Positions 28,914 to 38,087 of a stretch of 64,000 bases of DNA are shown piece after piece. The stretch covers positions 128,001 through 192,000 of IMG/VR virus record IMGVR_UViG_3300020360_000085. One strand, 5' to 3'. Position 1 is the stretch's first letter. Every line of letters begins with the position of its first letter. A model generated the notes under the pieces. That model was given only the letters and a program-made list of their open reading frames with translations, did no database searches and was not told the origin of the DNA. Source of the DNA: a virus (lineage: Duplodnaviria > Caudoviricetes). The translations under genes were made by a program, and so were the position numbers.

Positions 28914-29595
28914 TTATCTATTCGATGTAGATGGAACACTTACACCTAGTAGAGGAGTAATCGATAGTGAGTTTAAAAAATGGTTTATAAATTTTGCCTC
29001 TGTTAAAAGTGTAATACTTGTTACGGGCAGTGATAGAGATAAAACACTAGAGCAATTAGGAGAATCCATATATAAAAAATGTAAGAGAGTTTATAATTGC
29101 AGTGGTAATGATGTTTATGAACAAGACAAACAAATAAAATTTAACGAATGGAAACTACCTATAGATGCTCAGCAATGGTTACAATTTAAATTAGATCATA
29201 GTCCATTTGATTTGAGAACAGGGTTACATTTTGAACACAGAACTGGAATGTGTAATTTTAGTGTGGTAGGACGTAATGCAAACGTACAAGAACGCAAACA
29301 ATATTACAATTATGATTGTGATACAAACGAAAGAATAAAAATATCAGAAGCATTTAATAAAAAATATCCTGACTTACAGGCAAAAGTAGGAGGAGAAACA
29401 GGCTTAGATATTTTCCCCATAGGTTGTGATAAAGGCCAAGTATTACAAGACTTTGATATAGATACAATTAAATTTTTTGGTGACAGATGCGACCCTCAGG
29501 GTAATGATTATCCTATTTCAAAATTATTAAAACCACATCAAGTTTATGCTGTAAAGAATTGGAAACAATGTTGGGAGTTTTTACAAAATGTCTAA
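28900..29595 (+). CDS. HAD-IIB phosphomannomutase-like enzyme
   Basis: FDVDGTLTPSR (HAD motif I), LVTGSD, EHRTGMCNFSVVGRNA, GGETGLDIFP.GCDK, FFGD...GNDY; matches the PMM/Sec53-type HAD family. Confidence 0.85.
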   Translation: MKEINYLFDVDGTLTPSRGVIDSEFKKWFINFASVKSVILVTGSDRDKTLEQLGESIYKKCKRVYNCSGNDVYEQDKQIKFNEWKLPIDAQQWLQFKLDHSPFDLRTGLHFEHRTGMCNFSVVGRNANVQERKQYYNYDCDTNERIKISEAFNKKYPDLQAKVGGETGLDIFPIGCDKGQVLQDFDIDTIKFFGDRCDPQGNDYPISKLLKPHQVYAVKNWKQCWEFLQNV

Positions 29596-30472
29596 AGGAT
29601 TTATGATGTTTGCTCATAACAATAGTGAGATAGATTATCTTAAACTTGCAGTTGTAAATGCTTTGCTAATACAAAAAAATTTAGGCGTAAAAAATATAAC
29701 AGTAGTAACAGACCCATTTAGTTTAGAACATGCAGAAAAAACACTAGGAAAAAAATTAATAAAAAAAGCAATTAACAATTTAATTGTTGTAGACAAAGAC
29801 AAAAAATTTAAAAATACTAATATTAGACTTTATAAAGATACAAGTCATACAGTAAAAAATTTATCCTTTTATAATGTAAACAGATGTGATGCATATGATT
29901 TAAGTCCTTACGATGAGACTATATTATTAGATGCAGATTATTTAATTTTAAGTAACACACTAAATCAATGTTGGGGACATAATAATGAACTTATGATGAA
30001 CTGGAAATATCAGGACATAATGTTTGAGAGAAAAGATCCATCATTAAACAGATTATATGATATGGGTATAACAATGTATTGGGCAACTGTGGTTTACTTT
30101 CGTAAAACAGATTATGTGGAAAGTTTTTTTAATTTAGTCAAACATGTTAAAAATAATCCACAATACTACAGAGACTTATATAAGTGGCAAGGTACTCTAT
30201 ACAGAAACGATTACAGTTTTTCTATTGCCGCACATATGATGAGTGGTTTTGTTGATAAAGGAATACCACAGTTGCCTACTACTCTTTATAAAAGTTTTGA
30301 TACAGATGATATACATAGTGCTATTGATAATAATAGTATTATAATGTATTTAGAAAAGCCTAAAGAGCCAGGTAATTTTATTTTAAGTAAATGGTCAGAT
30401 ATGGATCTACATGTTATGAATAAATGGGCAATAAATAGAATTAGTGATAATTTATTGGAGTATGCAAATTAA
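29588..30472 (+). CDS. Glycosyltransferase-like protein (GT-A, DxD)
   Basis: LSPYDETILLDADY motif; N-terminal KGFMMFAHNN..DY.KLA; paralog of 31396..32262. Confidence 0.65.
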   Translation: MSKGFMMFAHNNSEIDYLKLAVVNALLIQKNLGVKNITVVTDPFSLEHAEKTLGKKLIKKAINNLIVVDKDKKFKNTNIRLYKDTSHTVKNLSFYNVNRCDAYDLSPYDETILLDADYLILSNTLNQCWGHNNELMMNWKYQDIMFERKDPSLNRLYDMGITMYWATVVYFRKTDYVESFFNLVKHVKNNPQYYRDLYKWQGTLYRNDYSFSIAAHMMSGFVDKGIPQLPTTLYKSFDTDDIHSAIDNNSIIMYLEKPKEPGNFILSKWSDMDLHVMNKWAINRISDNLLEYAN

Positions 30473-30701
30473 ATTTTTAAAAAAATTAAAAGACTGGATA
30501 GATCCAAACTATTGGGCAAATGAAATAGGCGAAAAAAGTGGCGCCTATGACAAAGCAAGAAACAGCAAATTGAGACAATGGGTAGACAGTTTAGAAGGTT
30601 GGCAATGGTGGGCATGGCAATTAGGTCCTGCACTAATATTTTTTATATTATTAGAGTTAGCCATTAACCAAATAGGAATGACTATGCTACCATGGAGATA
30701 A
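30462..30701 (+). CDS. Small Trp-rich membrane protein
   Basis: GGAG SD before ATG 30462; WQWWAWQLGPALIFFILLELAI hydrophobic segment. Confidence 0.6.
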   Translation: MQIKFLKKLKDWIDPNYWANEIGEKSGAYDKARNSKLRQWVDSLEGWQWWAWQLGPALIFFILLELAINQIGMTMLPWR

Positions 30702-30702
30702 A

Positions 30703-30930
30703 ATGGCAAAAAAATTTATACATGTAAATATGCATAAAATTCGTGCTAACAAAAAACACGGTACTAATGAACCAGTAATTACAGTAAAAGAAGGACGTAG
30801 TAACACTTATGGTCATAGTGTTGAAATACATGGGCCAAGTAAAGTAATGTATGGAGGCAATGACAAGCCTCTACTACCTTGTGGTGCAAGAGTAGTTATA
30901 GAAACAGAAGCAGAGGTAACTATAGAATGA
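30703..30930 (+). CDS. Hypothetical protein (75 aa)
   Basis: Coupled ORF with SD GGAG; no function recognised. Confidence 0.65.
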   Translation: MAKKFIHVNMHKIRANKKHGTNEPVITVKEGRSNTYGHSVEIHGPSKVMYGGNDKPLLPCGARVVIETEAEVTIE

Positions 30931-31403
30931 AAGATCCATTTTTAATTATAGGCTACATGCTATTAGGACTTATGTTAAGTTTTGAAATAAATGCACAACC
31001 TAGTATATATGAAATTAAAAAACATATACAAGATGAACCTTTTGACTTTGTACAAATGAAACAAGATGCAGAAGCATATAAAATTTTGTTGTTTAGAGAA
31101 AGGGAAAGAAGATTACAATTTGTTGAGATAGACAAATATCCAACACCACAAGAACGTAGAAGATACTATATTTTACATGCTATAGATGTTAGTATGACTA
31201 TATGGGCATTAAACAATCGCGACAACATTAGGGAAGGTAATATATTTTTAAGTGACAATCCAAGCAATCAAACATTAATAACAAATAAATTATTAGCAAT
31301 ACCAATTTATCAAAATAGTAATCAGCCACAAGTAGTAGTAATGAATTACATTACAAGTACAGTAATTTTACATAACTTATATGTAATAAACAAATATGAC
31401 TAG
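30927..31403 (+). CDS. Hypothetical protein with N-terminal signal/TM segment
   Basis: ATGA overlap gives start 30927; MKDPFLIIGYMLLGLMLSFEINAQ resembles a signal peptide. Confidence 0.55.
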   Translation: MKDPFLIIGYMLLGLMLSFEINAQPSIYEIKKHIQDEPFDFVQMKQDAEAYKILLFRERERRLQFVEIDKYPTPQERRRYYILHAIDVSMTIWALNNRDNIREGNIFLSDNPSNQTLITNKLLAIPIYQNSNQPQVVVMNYITSTVILHNLYVINKYD

Positions 31404-32262
31404 AGGTTACATAGTAATAGCACAAAACAACGATACTGTTGATTATTTACAACAGGCATATGCCCTTGCACTTAATTTAAAACTTACACAGAGCAAGGTC
31501 AACAGTCTGACAGTATGTGTAGATGCTAAGACTAAAAAACTTATAAAAGCAAAACATAAAGAAGCATTTGATAATATTGTTGATATTCCTTGGCAAGATG
31601 ATGCAAAAGAACAAGATTGGAAGATAAACAACAAATGGAAATATTATTATATGACTCCATATGATGAAACTGTTATATTAGATACTGATATGATATTTCC
31701 TACAGATGTAAGTCATTGGTGGGATATTATGTCTCAACGAGATGTGTGGGCAACTACAAAGGTGAGGACATATAGAGGAGAAATTGTTACAAGTAATTTT
31801 TATAGAAAATATTTTGCGGCAAATAATTTGCCAAATGTATATACAGCATTTTTTTACTTTAAAAAATCAGATTTAGCAAGTGAATTATTTGCAATGATAG
31901 AAATAATTTTTCAACACTGGCAAAGAATGTTTTTTAAATATATGCCTGAGGGTAAGCCAGATTGGCTAAGTGGAGACGTTGCTTATGCTCTTGCTATGCA
32001 ATTACTAGGTATAGAAGCAGATTGTATATTAGAAAATATAGACGAGGTTCCTACATTTATACACATGAAAAGTCATATACAAAATATACCAGACACTAGA
32101 ATTAGTAAAGATTGGACTCAAACATTACCAACTTATTATAATTCTTATAAAGACTTTAAGATAGGAAATTTTCAACAACTGTTTCCATTTCATTATGTCG
32201 AAAAAGACTGGCTAGATAAAAATAAAATACAGCAAATTGAGAAAGATTATGGTATCAAGTGA
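31396..32262 (+). CDS. Glycosyltransferase-like protein (GT-A, DxD)
   Basis: MTPYDETVILDTDM motif; RGYIVIAQNN..DY N-terminus shared with 29588..30472. Confidence 0.65.
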   Translation: MTRGYIVIAQNNDTVDYLQQAYALALNLKLTQSKVNSLTVCVDAKTKKLIKAKHKEAFDNIVDIPWQDDAKEQDWKINNKWKYYYMTPYDETVILDTDMIFPTDVSHWWDIMSQRDVWATTKVRTYRGEIVTSNFYRKYFAANNLPNVYTAFFYFKKSDLASELFAMIEIIFQHWQRMFFKYMPEGKPDWLSGDVAYALAMQLLGIEADCILENIDEVPTFIHMKSHIQNIPDTRISKDWTQTLPTYYNSYKDFKIGNFQQLFPFHYVEKDWLDKNKIQQIEKDYGIK

Positions 32263-32902
32263 AGCAGAAAAAAGACTTAAAAGATTCTTAAATGAAAAAA
32301 ATAAATTTAATAGTTTTACTGATCTCGTTAAACATCAAAAACAAAAAGATAAAACAGTTTGGTTCGACAATGAAGGAAATATTTTACAAATAAGTTCAGA
32401 TTATAAACGTAAAAAAACTGTAAAAGAAAAAAGTGCAGTATTTACACAAGAGCAATTAAGTATATTGGAGGGCAAAGACGTAAATCTATACAGAGTTGTC
32501 CAAGACGCAGAAATTGAAACAGTATTTACAATTGATTTAAAATTAGTAGAAAGTCCTTTTGTAGAAAATGATAAAGAGTTTTTACAACTTATTCCTGAAT
32601 CCAATAGTAAAGTTTTTGATGTAGCAGTTACAAATAAAAATAATAAATTTACAGTACAATTACATAGTAAAATAATAAAAAAATATAAAGACATAGAACC
32701 TAATATTGCAGTAGCAAATGGTAAAAAAGTTTTTAAATTTTATTTTACAAGTAAAAACAACCCTCATTTTATGATTAGCAGTTTAAACATACCTCTATCA
32801 GAACTATTAAAAAAAGAAAAAATTACAAAAAATATATCTAAAAACTTAGATCAATGTAGCATATATACTATAAAACTATTCGATAAATATGTGTGTAGAT
32901 AA
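32237..32902 (+). CDS. Hypothetical Lys-rich protein (221 aa)
   Basis: Long ORF in the operon; very AT-rich; no motif recognised. Confidence 0.6.
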   Translation: MRKIMVSSEAEKRLKRFLNEKNKFNSFTDLVKHQKQKDKTVWFDNEGNILQISSDYKRKKTVKEKSAVFTQEQLSILEGKDVNLYRVVQDAEIETVFTIDLKLVESPFVENDKEFLQLIPESNSKVFDVAVTNKNNKFTVQLHSKIIKKYKDIEPNIAVANGKKVFKFYFTSKNNPHFMISSLNIPLSELLKKEKITKNISKNLDQCSIYTIKLFDKYVCR

Positions 32903-32925
32903 AAATACAAACACAGGACGACAGA

Positions 32926-33924
32926 ATGGCAAAGATCGATGTTACAGAATTAGACATATTCTATATTTCTTATGATGAACCCAACTGCGAAGAGCATTGG
33001 GCAGACTTACTAAACAAAGTACCTTGGGCAAAAAGGGTACACGGCGTAAAAGGATTTGACGCCGCACATAAAGAAGCCGCACAACAATCTGAAACTGACC
33101 GATTTATCACAGTAGATGGTGATAATATTGTTATGGATGATTTCTTTGAACAAGTACTAGATGTTCCAGACCAAGATCATGATGGAAACAATATTTCAGA
33201 AAGTATTTTTAGTTGGAATGCCAAAAATATTCTAAATGGTCTAGTATATGGTAATGGAGGCCTAAAATGCTGGCCTACCCAATATGTATTAGATATGAAA
33301 ACACACGAAGCGGCAGACGACGGTGAAGGTATGGAGTTTTGTTGGAAACTTAACTACATACAACTGAACGATACGTTTTCAGAAGTACATCAAACGGCAA
33401 GTCCTTTCCAAGCCTTTAGAGCAGGATTTAGAGAAGGTGTTAAAATGAGTTTGGATCAAGGAACCAGAATTCGTGCTGATGAATTTAAAGATAAAATATG
33501 GTGGCAAAATTACAACAGACTGCAAACATGGTGTAACATAGGTACAGATGTTGAAAATGGTTTGTGGGCAATTTATGGTGCAAGACTTGGATGTCAAATG
33601 ACTGTACTAAGTGATTGGGATACAAACAGTATAAGTGATTATGACTGGTTTAAAAAGTTTTTTAATAATGATATTTTGCCAAGATTTCCAGGAGATGAAG
33701 TTTGTAAATATTCAAAAGTAACATGGAATCCAGAAATGCTTTATATTGCTATACAAGATTTAGGAGTAACACTAAATGAAGGCATTAATGAAATGATGTT
33801 ATTTGATCCTAACAGAAAAATGTGTAAGTTTTTTAAAACAACTTATGTAAATCCAAGACGTTGGGGAGTAATGATAAGAGAAAAGCAAATTCAAGAATTA
33901 CTGGAAAAAGGATTAATACAGTAA
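32926..33924 (+). CDS. Glycosyltransferase-like protein (GT2-like GT-A)
   Basis: DIFYISYDEP...VHGVKGFDAAH...FITVDGDN (DxD)...YGNGGLKCW...AFRAGFREGVKM. Confidence 0.7.
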   Translation: MAKIDVTELDIFYISYDEPNCEEHWADLLNKVPWAKRVHGVKGFDAAHKEAAQQSETDRFITVDGDNIVMDDFFEQVLDVPDQDHDGNNISESIFSWNAKNILNGLVYGNGGLKCWPTQYVLDMKTHEAADDGEGMEFCWKLNYIQLNDTFSEVHQTASPFQAFRAGFREGVKMSLDQGTRIRADEFKDKIWWQNYNRLQTWCNIGTDVENGLWAIYGARLGCQMTVLSDWDTNSISDYDWFKKFFNNDILPRFPGDEVCKYSKVTWNPEMLYIAIQDLGVTLNEGINEMMLFDPNRKMCKFFKTTYVNPRRWGVMIREKQIQELLEKGLIQ

Positions 33925-34634
33925 TGAGTAAAATTTGGTTTTTTGGTGATAGTTTTGCCCATCCACCTTACATAAAAGATTTGTCTGAGGACAAAAATAA
34001 TTATTGGTGGGGTACAAAATTGTGTCAAAAGCATAATTTAACACCTAGAGTTATGTCAGAGCCTGGTAGTAGTTTAACATATACACACGAACAATTATTA
34101 AGATTTAAAAATCTTATAAATGAAGGAGATTTAGTTTTTATTTTTTACACTACTCCTTACAGAATGGATTTTGGTAAAAAATCTGTAAGTATAATTTCAA
34201 ATGGTATGACTCCTGCAGGAAAATTAATACCTAGTATAGACCCTGAACATGTAGTATCAGATGAAAGATTAAATAAAATTTTAAATATGTATATTGCATT
34301 AGGCTTAGATTTAGAAAGACATCTTAATCAACAATATGCTACAGTAAATTATATACAACATGTTTTAGTACCAGACATTTTACAAAAAAGAAAGCCTAAA
34401 AAAATATTAGAATTTTACTCTTTTAGGAGAACACAATTATGTCATAGTAATGTTGTTAATCCAGAAGAAAGTTTGCTTAAATTTTTACCCGAAGCGATGG
34501 AATGGATAAAAGATATTTGTGCAAAAGATAATGTTAATGTACAAGAAATTTTTTCTGATCCTTCACATTTTGGTAATGCTAAAGTAGGAGATTATAACGA
34601 AAAATATTTAGAATATATTGAAAGTTTATTATGA
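33924..34634 (+). CDS. SGNH/GDSL-type hydrolase
   Basis: Block I FFGDSF at the N-terminus and DPSH (DxxH) near the C-terminus. Start moved to ATG 33924 (TAATG coupling). Confidence 0.65.
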   Translation: MSKIWFFGDSFAHPPYIKDLSEDKNNYWWGTKLCQKHNLTPRVMSEPGSSLTYTHEQLLRFKNLINEGDLVFIFYTTPYRMDFGKKSVSIISNGMTPAGKLIPSIDPEHVVSDERLNKILNMYIALGLDLERHLNQQYATVNYIQHVLVPDILQKRKPKKILEFYSFRRTQLCHSNVVNPEESLLKFLPEAMEWIKDICAKDNVNVQEIFSDPSHFGNAKVGDYNEKYLEYIESLL

Positions 34635-36166
34635 GTAATTATGACCAGGCCGCAGATAAGGCCAAAAAACAGTTAGACAAAATAAGTCCAACTATGTGCT
34701 ATGCAAAATGGTCACAAGTTTCTATGCATTTACATAACGGCATGACTCATAGTTGTTATCATCCGCCTACACATAAAGTTGATTTAGAAGAATTAAAAGA
34801 AAATCCTACAGCACTTCATAATACAAAAGAGAAAAAAGAACAACGTAGACAAATGTTAGCAGGTGAAAGGCCAGAAGGGTGTAGTTACTGTTGGCGTATA
34901 GAAGATGTTGGTGGAAGAAGTGATCGTGTGTATCGTAGTGGCGAATATTGGGCTCAAAATGCTAGAGAAGAAATAGCAGAAGCAGGTGCAGATGGAAATA
35001 TAAATCCACGTTACGTTGAAGTAAACTTTAATCAAGCATGTAATTTAAAATGTAGTTATTGTAGTCCACATTTAAGTAACACTTGGGAGAAAGAAATAAA
35101 ACAATTTGGACCATACAATATAGTCCAAGGAGAACATAATAATTTAAATAGTTTAGGTAAAACTGGACTTATGCCATTAAAAATTTCACAAGCAGATAAT
35201 CCATATGTTACAGCCTTTTGGAAGTGGTGGCCTGATCTTTACAAAAATATAGAAGTTTTTCGTATGACAGGAGGAGAGCCACTAATGGATAGCAACACAT
35301 TTAAAGTATTAGACTATGTGTATAAAAATCCAAATGCCTGGCTTGAAATATCTGTTACATCAAACATGTGTCCACCTAAGCCAAAACTAATGGACATGTT
35401 TATAGAATCGCTACAAAGATTAGAAGAGATACAAATTTGGGAAGACCCAGAAAAGTTTAATCCAAACTCGGGGAACAACTGGTATGTAGCACCAGCATGT
35501 AAGAACTTTGCAACATTTGTATCATGTGATGGATATGGACCTCAAGCAGAGTATATGCGTAATGGTATGGACTTTAAAATGTTAGATAAAAATGTAAACA
35601 GAATCTTAGAGGATACAACTCATAGCACAATTACATTTATTAATACATTTAATGTACTAAGTTTAACAAGTTTGAAAGAATACTTACAATGGATTTTAGA
35701 ACTTAGAGATAGATATGCTAAGGATAGACAAGGAATAAAATATATTCCTATACCAGACAATGGCGGACATAAGCACCCAGATTATGAAGTAAGACCTAAA
35801 CAAAGAATATGGTTTGATATTCCATTGCTTAGAGCACCACTTTGGCAATGTATTCAAATAATGCCTGATTATTATCAGAGTTATTTGGAAGAAGCAATAG
35901 CATTTATGGAATTAAATAGAGCAGATGAAGTAAATATAGACTATAGAGGATTTAAAGATTTTGAAATAGATAAAGTAAGACGAAATTTAGAGTGGATGAA
36001 GGCCGGCTCTATTATGGATAAAGATGAATTACTTAAAGCAAGAGCAAATTTTTTTAAATTTTTTAGTCAGCATGATGAAAGAAGAAAAACAAACTTCTTA
36101 CAAGTTTTTCCAGAAATGGAAGATTGGTGGAATATTTGTAAAGAAGCAGAAGCATTAATAATATGA
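34631..36166 (+). CDS. Radical SAM enzyme with N-terminal SPASM/twitch-like Cys cluster (rSAM1)
   Basis: CNLKCSYC, TGGEPL; N-terminal CYAKW...SCYHPP...CSYCW. Confidence 0.9.
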   Translation: MSNYDQAADKAKKQLDKISPTMCYAKWSQVSMHLHNGMTHSCYHPPTHKVDLEELKENPTALHNTKEKKEQRRQMLAGERPEGCSYCWRIEDVGGRSDRVYRSGEYWAQNAREEIAEAGADGNINPRYVEVNFNQACNLKCSYCSPHLSNTWEKEIKQFGPYNIVQGEHNNLNSLGKTGLMPLKISQADNPYVTAFWKWWPDLYKNIEVFRMTGGEPLMDSNTFKVLDYVYKNPNAWLEISVTSNMCPPKPKLMDMFIESLQRLEEIQIWEDPEKFNPNSGNNWYVAPACKNFATFVSCDGYGPQAEYMRNGMDFKMLDKNVNRILEDTTHSTITFINTFNVLSLTSLKEYLQWILELRDRYAKDRQGIKYIPIPDNGGHKHPDYEVRPKQRIWFDIPLLRAPLWQCIQIMPDYYQSYLEEAIAFMELNRADEVNIDYRGFKDFEIDKVRRNLEWMKAGSIMDKDELLKARANFFKFFSQHDERRKTNFLQVFPEMEDWWNICKEAEALII

Positions 36167-36426
36167 AAGACAGAAATAAATTTTTAGAATTAGCAAAAAA
36201 AGGTATAGTTACAGTAGAATTTAGAAAAATAGATACACAAGAATTAAGAATTATGCCCTGTACGTTAAATAATAAATTAAGCAATGGAAAAGTTCCAGAC
36301 GGAATGAAACAAAATGCAAACAATGATGATTTTGCAGTATGGTCTCTAGATAAAAATGCATGGAGAAGTTTTAGAACTAATACTGTAGAAGATTGGTATG
36401 AAGGATATCCTAAAGAGGAAAATTAA
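36163..36426 (+). CDS. Small SH3/WYL-like fold protein (DUF2693-like)
   Basis: VTVEFRKID...R.MPCTLN...VWSLDKNAWRSFR pattern typical of T4-like phage DUF2693 proteins. Confidence 0.65.
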   Translation: MKDRNKFLELAKKGIVTVEFRKIDTQELRIMPCTLNNKLSNGKVPDGMKQNANNDDFAVWSLDKNAWRSFRTNTVEDWYEGYPKEEN

Positions 36427-38087
36427 TGGGAAGAAAGCAAGGAGAGTCACATAGAGAATATAAGAAAAGGATGATAGATCCTGTTTCTGAAAGTTTCTGT
36501 GGAGCAAAGTGGTACAATGCTACTATATGGTTAGGGCATGGCGGTACTACGAGTTGTCATCACCCTCCTGCTCACCAAATAGATTTAGAAGAAATTAAAA
36601 CAAATCCAAGTGCTATCCATAACAGTAGGCATAAAAAGAAAATGCGTCAGATGATGCAAGAGGGTACTAGACCCAAAGAGTGTGAGTACTGTTGGAAGAT
36701 TGAGGACATGGGTAAAGATGCAGACGGTAATGAGCCAGTAAGTGATAGAGTTTACAAAACGGTAATATACGAAGACGAGGATTTACATACTGCGGCAACT
36801 TTAGACCCGCAGTTTGACGTAAACTTAAAAACATTAGAGATTGCATTTAACAGAACATGCCAGTTAGCATGTAGTTACTGCAACCCTGCATTCTCCTCTA
36901 CATGGGTAAAAGACATTAGAGTAAATGGCGGATATCAAGGCATAAAAAGTGATGCTAGAGGACACTTTATTGATGATGCCCCCTACGCCGAACCATTTGA
37001 TCAAGATCAATTTAATCCATATGTTGATGCTTTTTGGAGATGGTGGCCTGAACTAAGTACAGAACTAGAAGAGATTAGAGTTACAGGTGGAGAACCACTT
37101 ATGACTCCAGACATTTATCAATTATTTGATTGGTTCGAAACAACAGACGAGCCTAATAAAGACAATATGAGATTTGCAATCAATAGTAACCTTATGGCAA
37201 AAGACAGCCTATTAGACAAAATGATTGCAGGCACACAAAATATTAATAGATTCCATTTATATACAAGTTGTGAAGCATTTGGTCCACAAGCAGAATACAT
37301 TAGAGATGGCTTGGATTGGGATAAGTGGACAACAGCATTTGAAAAGGTTTGCAGTGAAGCAAACATAGAAGGTTTACACATGATGATGACTATCAATGCA
37401 TTATGCCTTGATACCATTGTTGAATTTTTCGACTGGATGCTAGAGATGAAACGTAAATACGGTCATAATCGTCCTGGATTTACCTGTAACATTTTACGTT
37501 TCCCTAGTTTCCAGTCACCCTTAACATTACCAGACCATCTACGTGCAAAATATCATGATGAGGTTTACACATGGTTACAAAAAGTTAGAAGAAAGCAGGA
37601 AAAAGATTCTACTGGACAACTTTTAGTGCAACCTTGGGAGCAAGATCAAGTAAGCAGACTAATAGAATATTTAGACGTTGTAAAAACACCACATAGAAAT
37701 ACTGCTGATAGAGAACTACTTGAACATGATTTTAAATTGTTTTATGAGCAGTATGATGCAAGACGTGGGTTAAATTTTAGAGAAACTTTTCCAAGATTAA
37801 TAGAATTTTATGACAGTATTAAATTACAAGAATTCGATACTAATGAGCAGGATATACAAGCACCTAAAACAGCAGGAGTTACAGGCGGACTTTATGCAAA
37901 ACGTGTTGTAACAGAGGACGGCGAAGTAAAAGTTGTAGAAATGAAAATGCGTAATCGTAAAACAGGCGAAAGTGAAGACGACTATGATGATGAAAAATAT
38001 GCAGAAGATGAAAAAATTAATAAAGCAGGTAGCAGTATAGGTTGGGATACAGAAACAGATGGATTAGGCGGAGCAATTGATGATTAA
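36426..38087 (+). CDS. Radical SAM enzyme with N-terminal SPASM/twitch-like cluster (rSAM2)
   Basis: CQLACSYC, TGGEPL; CGAKW...SCHHPP...CEYCW; acidic C-terminal extension. Confidence 0.9.
   Translation: MGRKQGESHREYKKRMIDPVSESFCGAKWYNATIWLGHGGTTSCHHPPAHQIDLEEIKTNPSAIHNSRHKKKMRQMMQEGTRPKECEYCWKIEDMGKDADGNEPVSDRVYKTVIYEDEDLHTAATLDPQFDVNLKTLEIAFNRTCQLACSYCNPAFSSTWVKDIRVNGGYQGIKSDARGHFIDDAPYAEPFDQDQFNPYVDAFWRWWPELSTELEEIRVTGGEPLMTPDIYQLFDWFETTDEPNKDNMRFAINSNLMAKDSLLDKMIAGTQNINRFHLYTSCEAFGPQAEYIRDGLDWDKWTTAFEKVCSEANIEGLHMMMTINALCLDTIVEFFDWMLEMKRKYGHNRPGFTCNILRFPSFQSPLTLPDHLRAKYHDEVYTWLQKVRRKQEKDSTGQLLVQPWEQDQVSRLIEYLDVVKTPHRNTADRELLEHDFKLFYEQYDARRGLNFRETFPRLIEFYDSIKLQEFDTNEQDIQAPKTAGVTGGLYAKRVVTEDGEVKVVEMKMRNRKTGESEDDYDDEKYAEDEKINKAGSSIGWDTETDGLGGAIDD

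Noticed and set aside
30431-32889. Intragenic ATAAATA copies (30431..30437, 32883..32889) as internal late promoters
   Set aside because: They lie inside coding sequence, the heptamer is frequent by chance in AT-rich DNA, and they lack the N5-ATG spacing.
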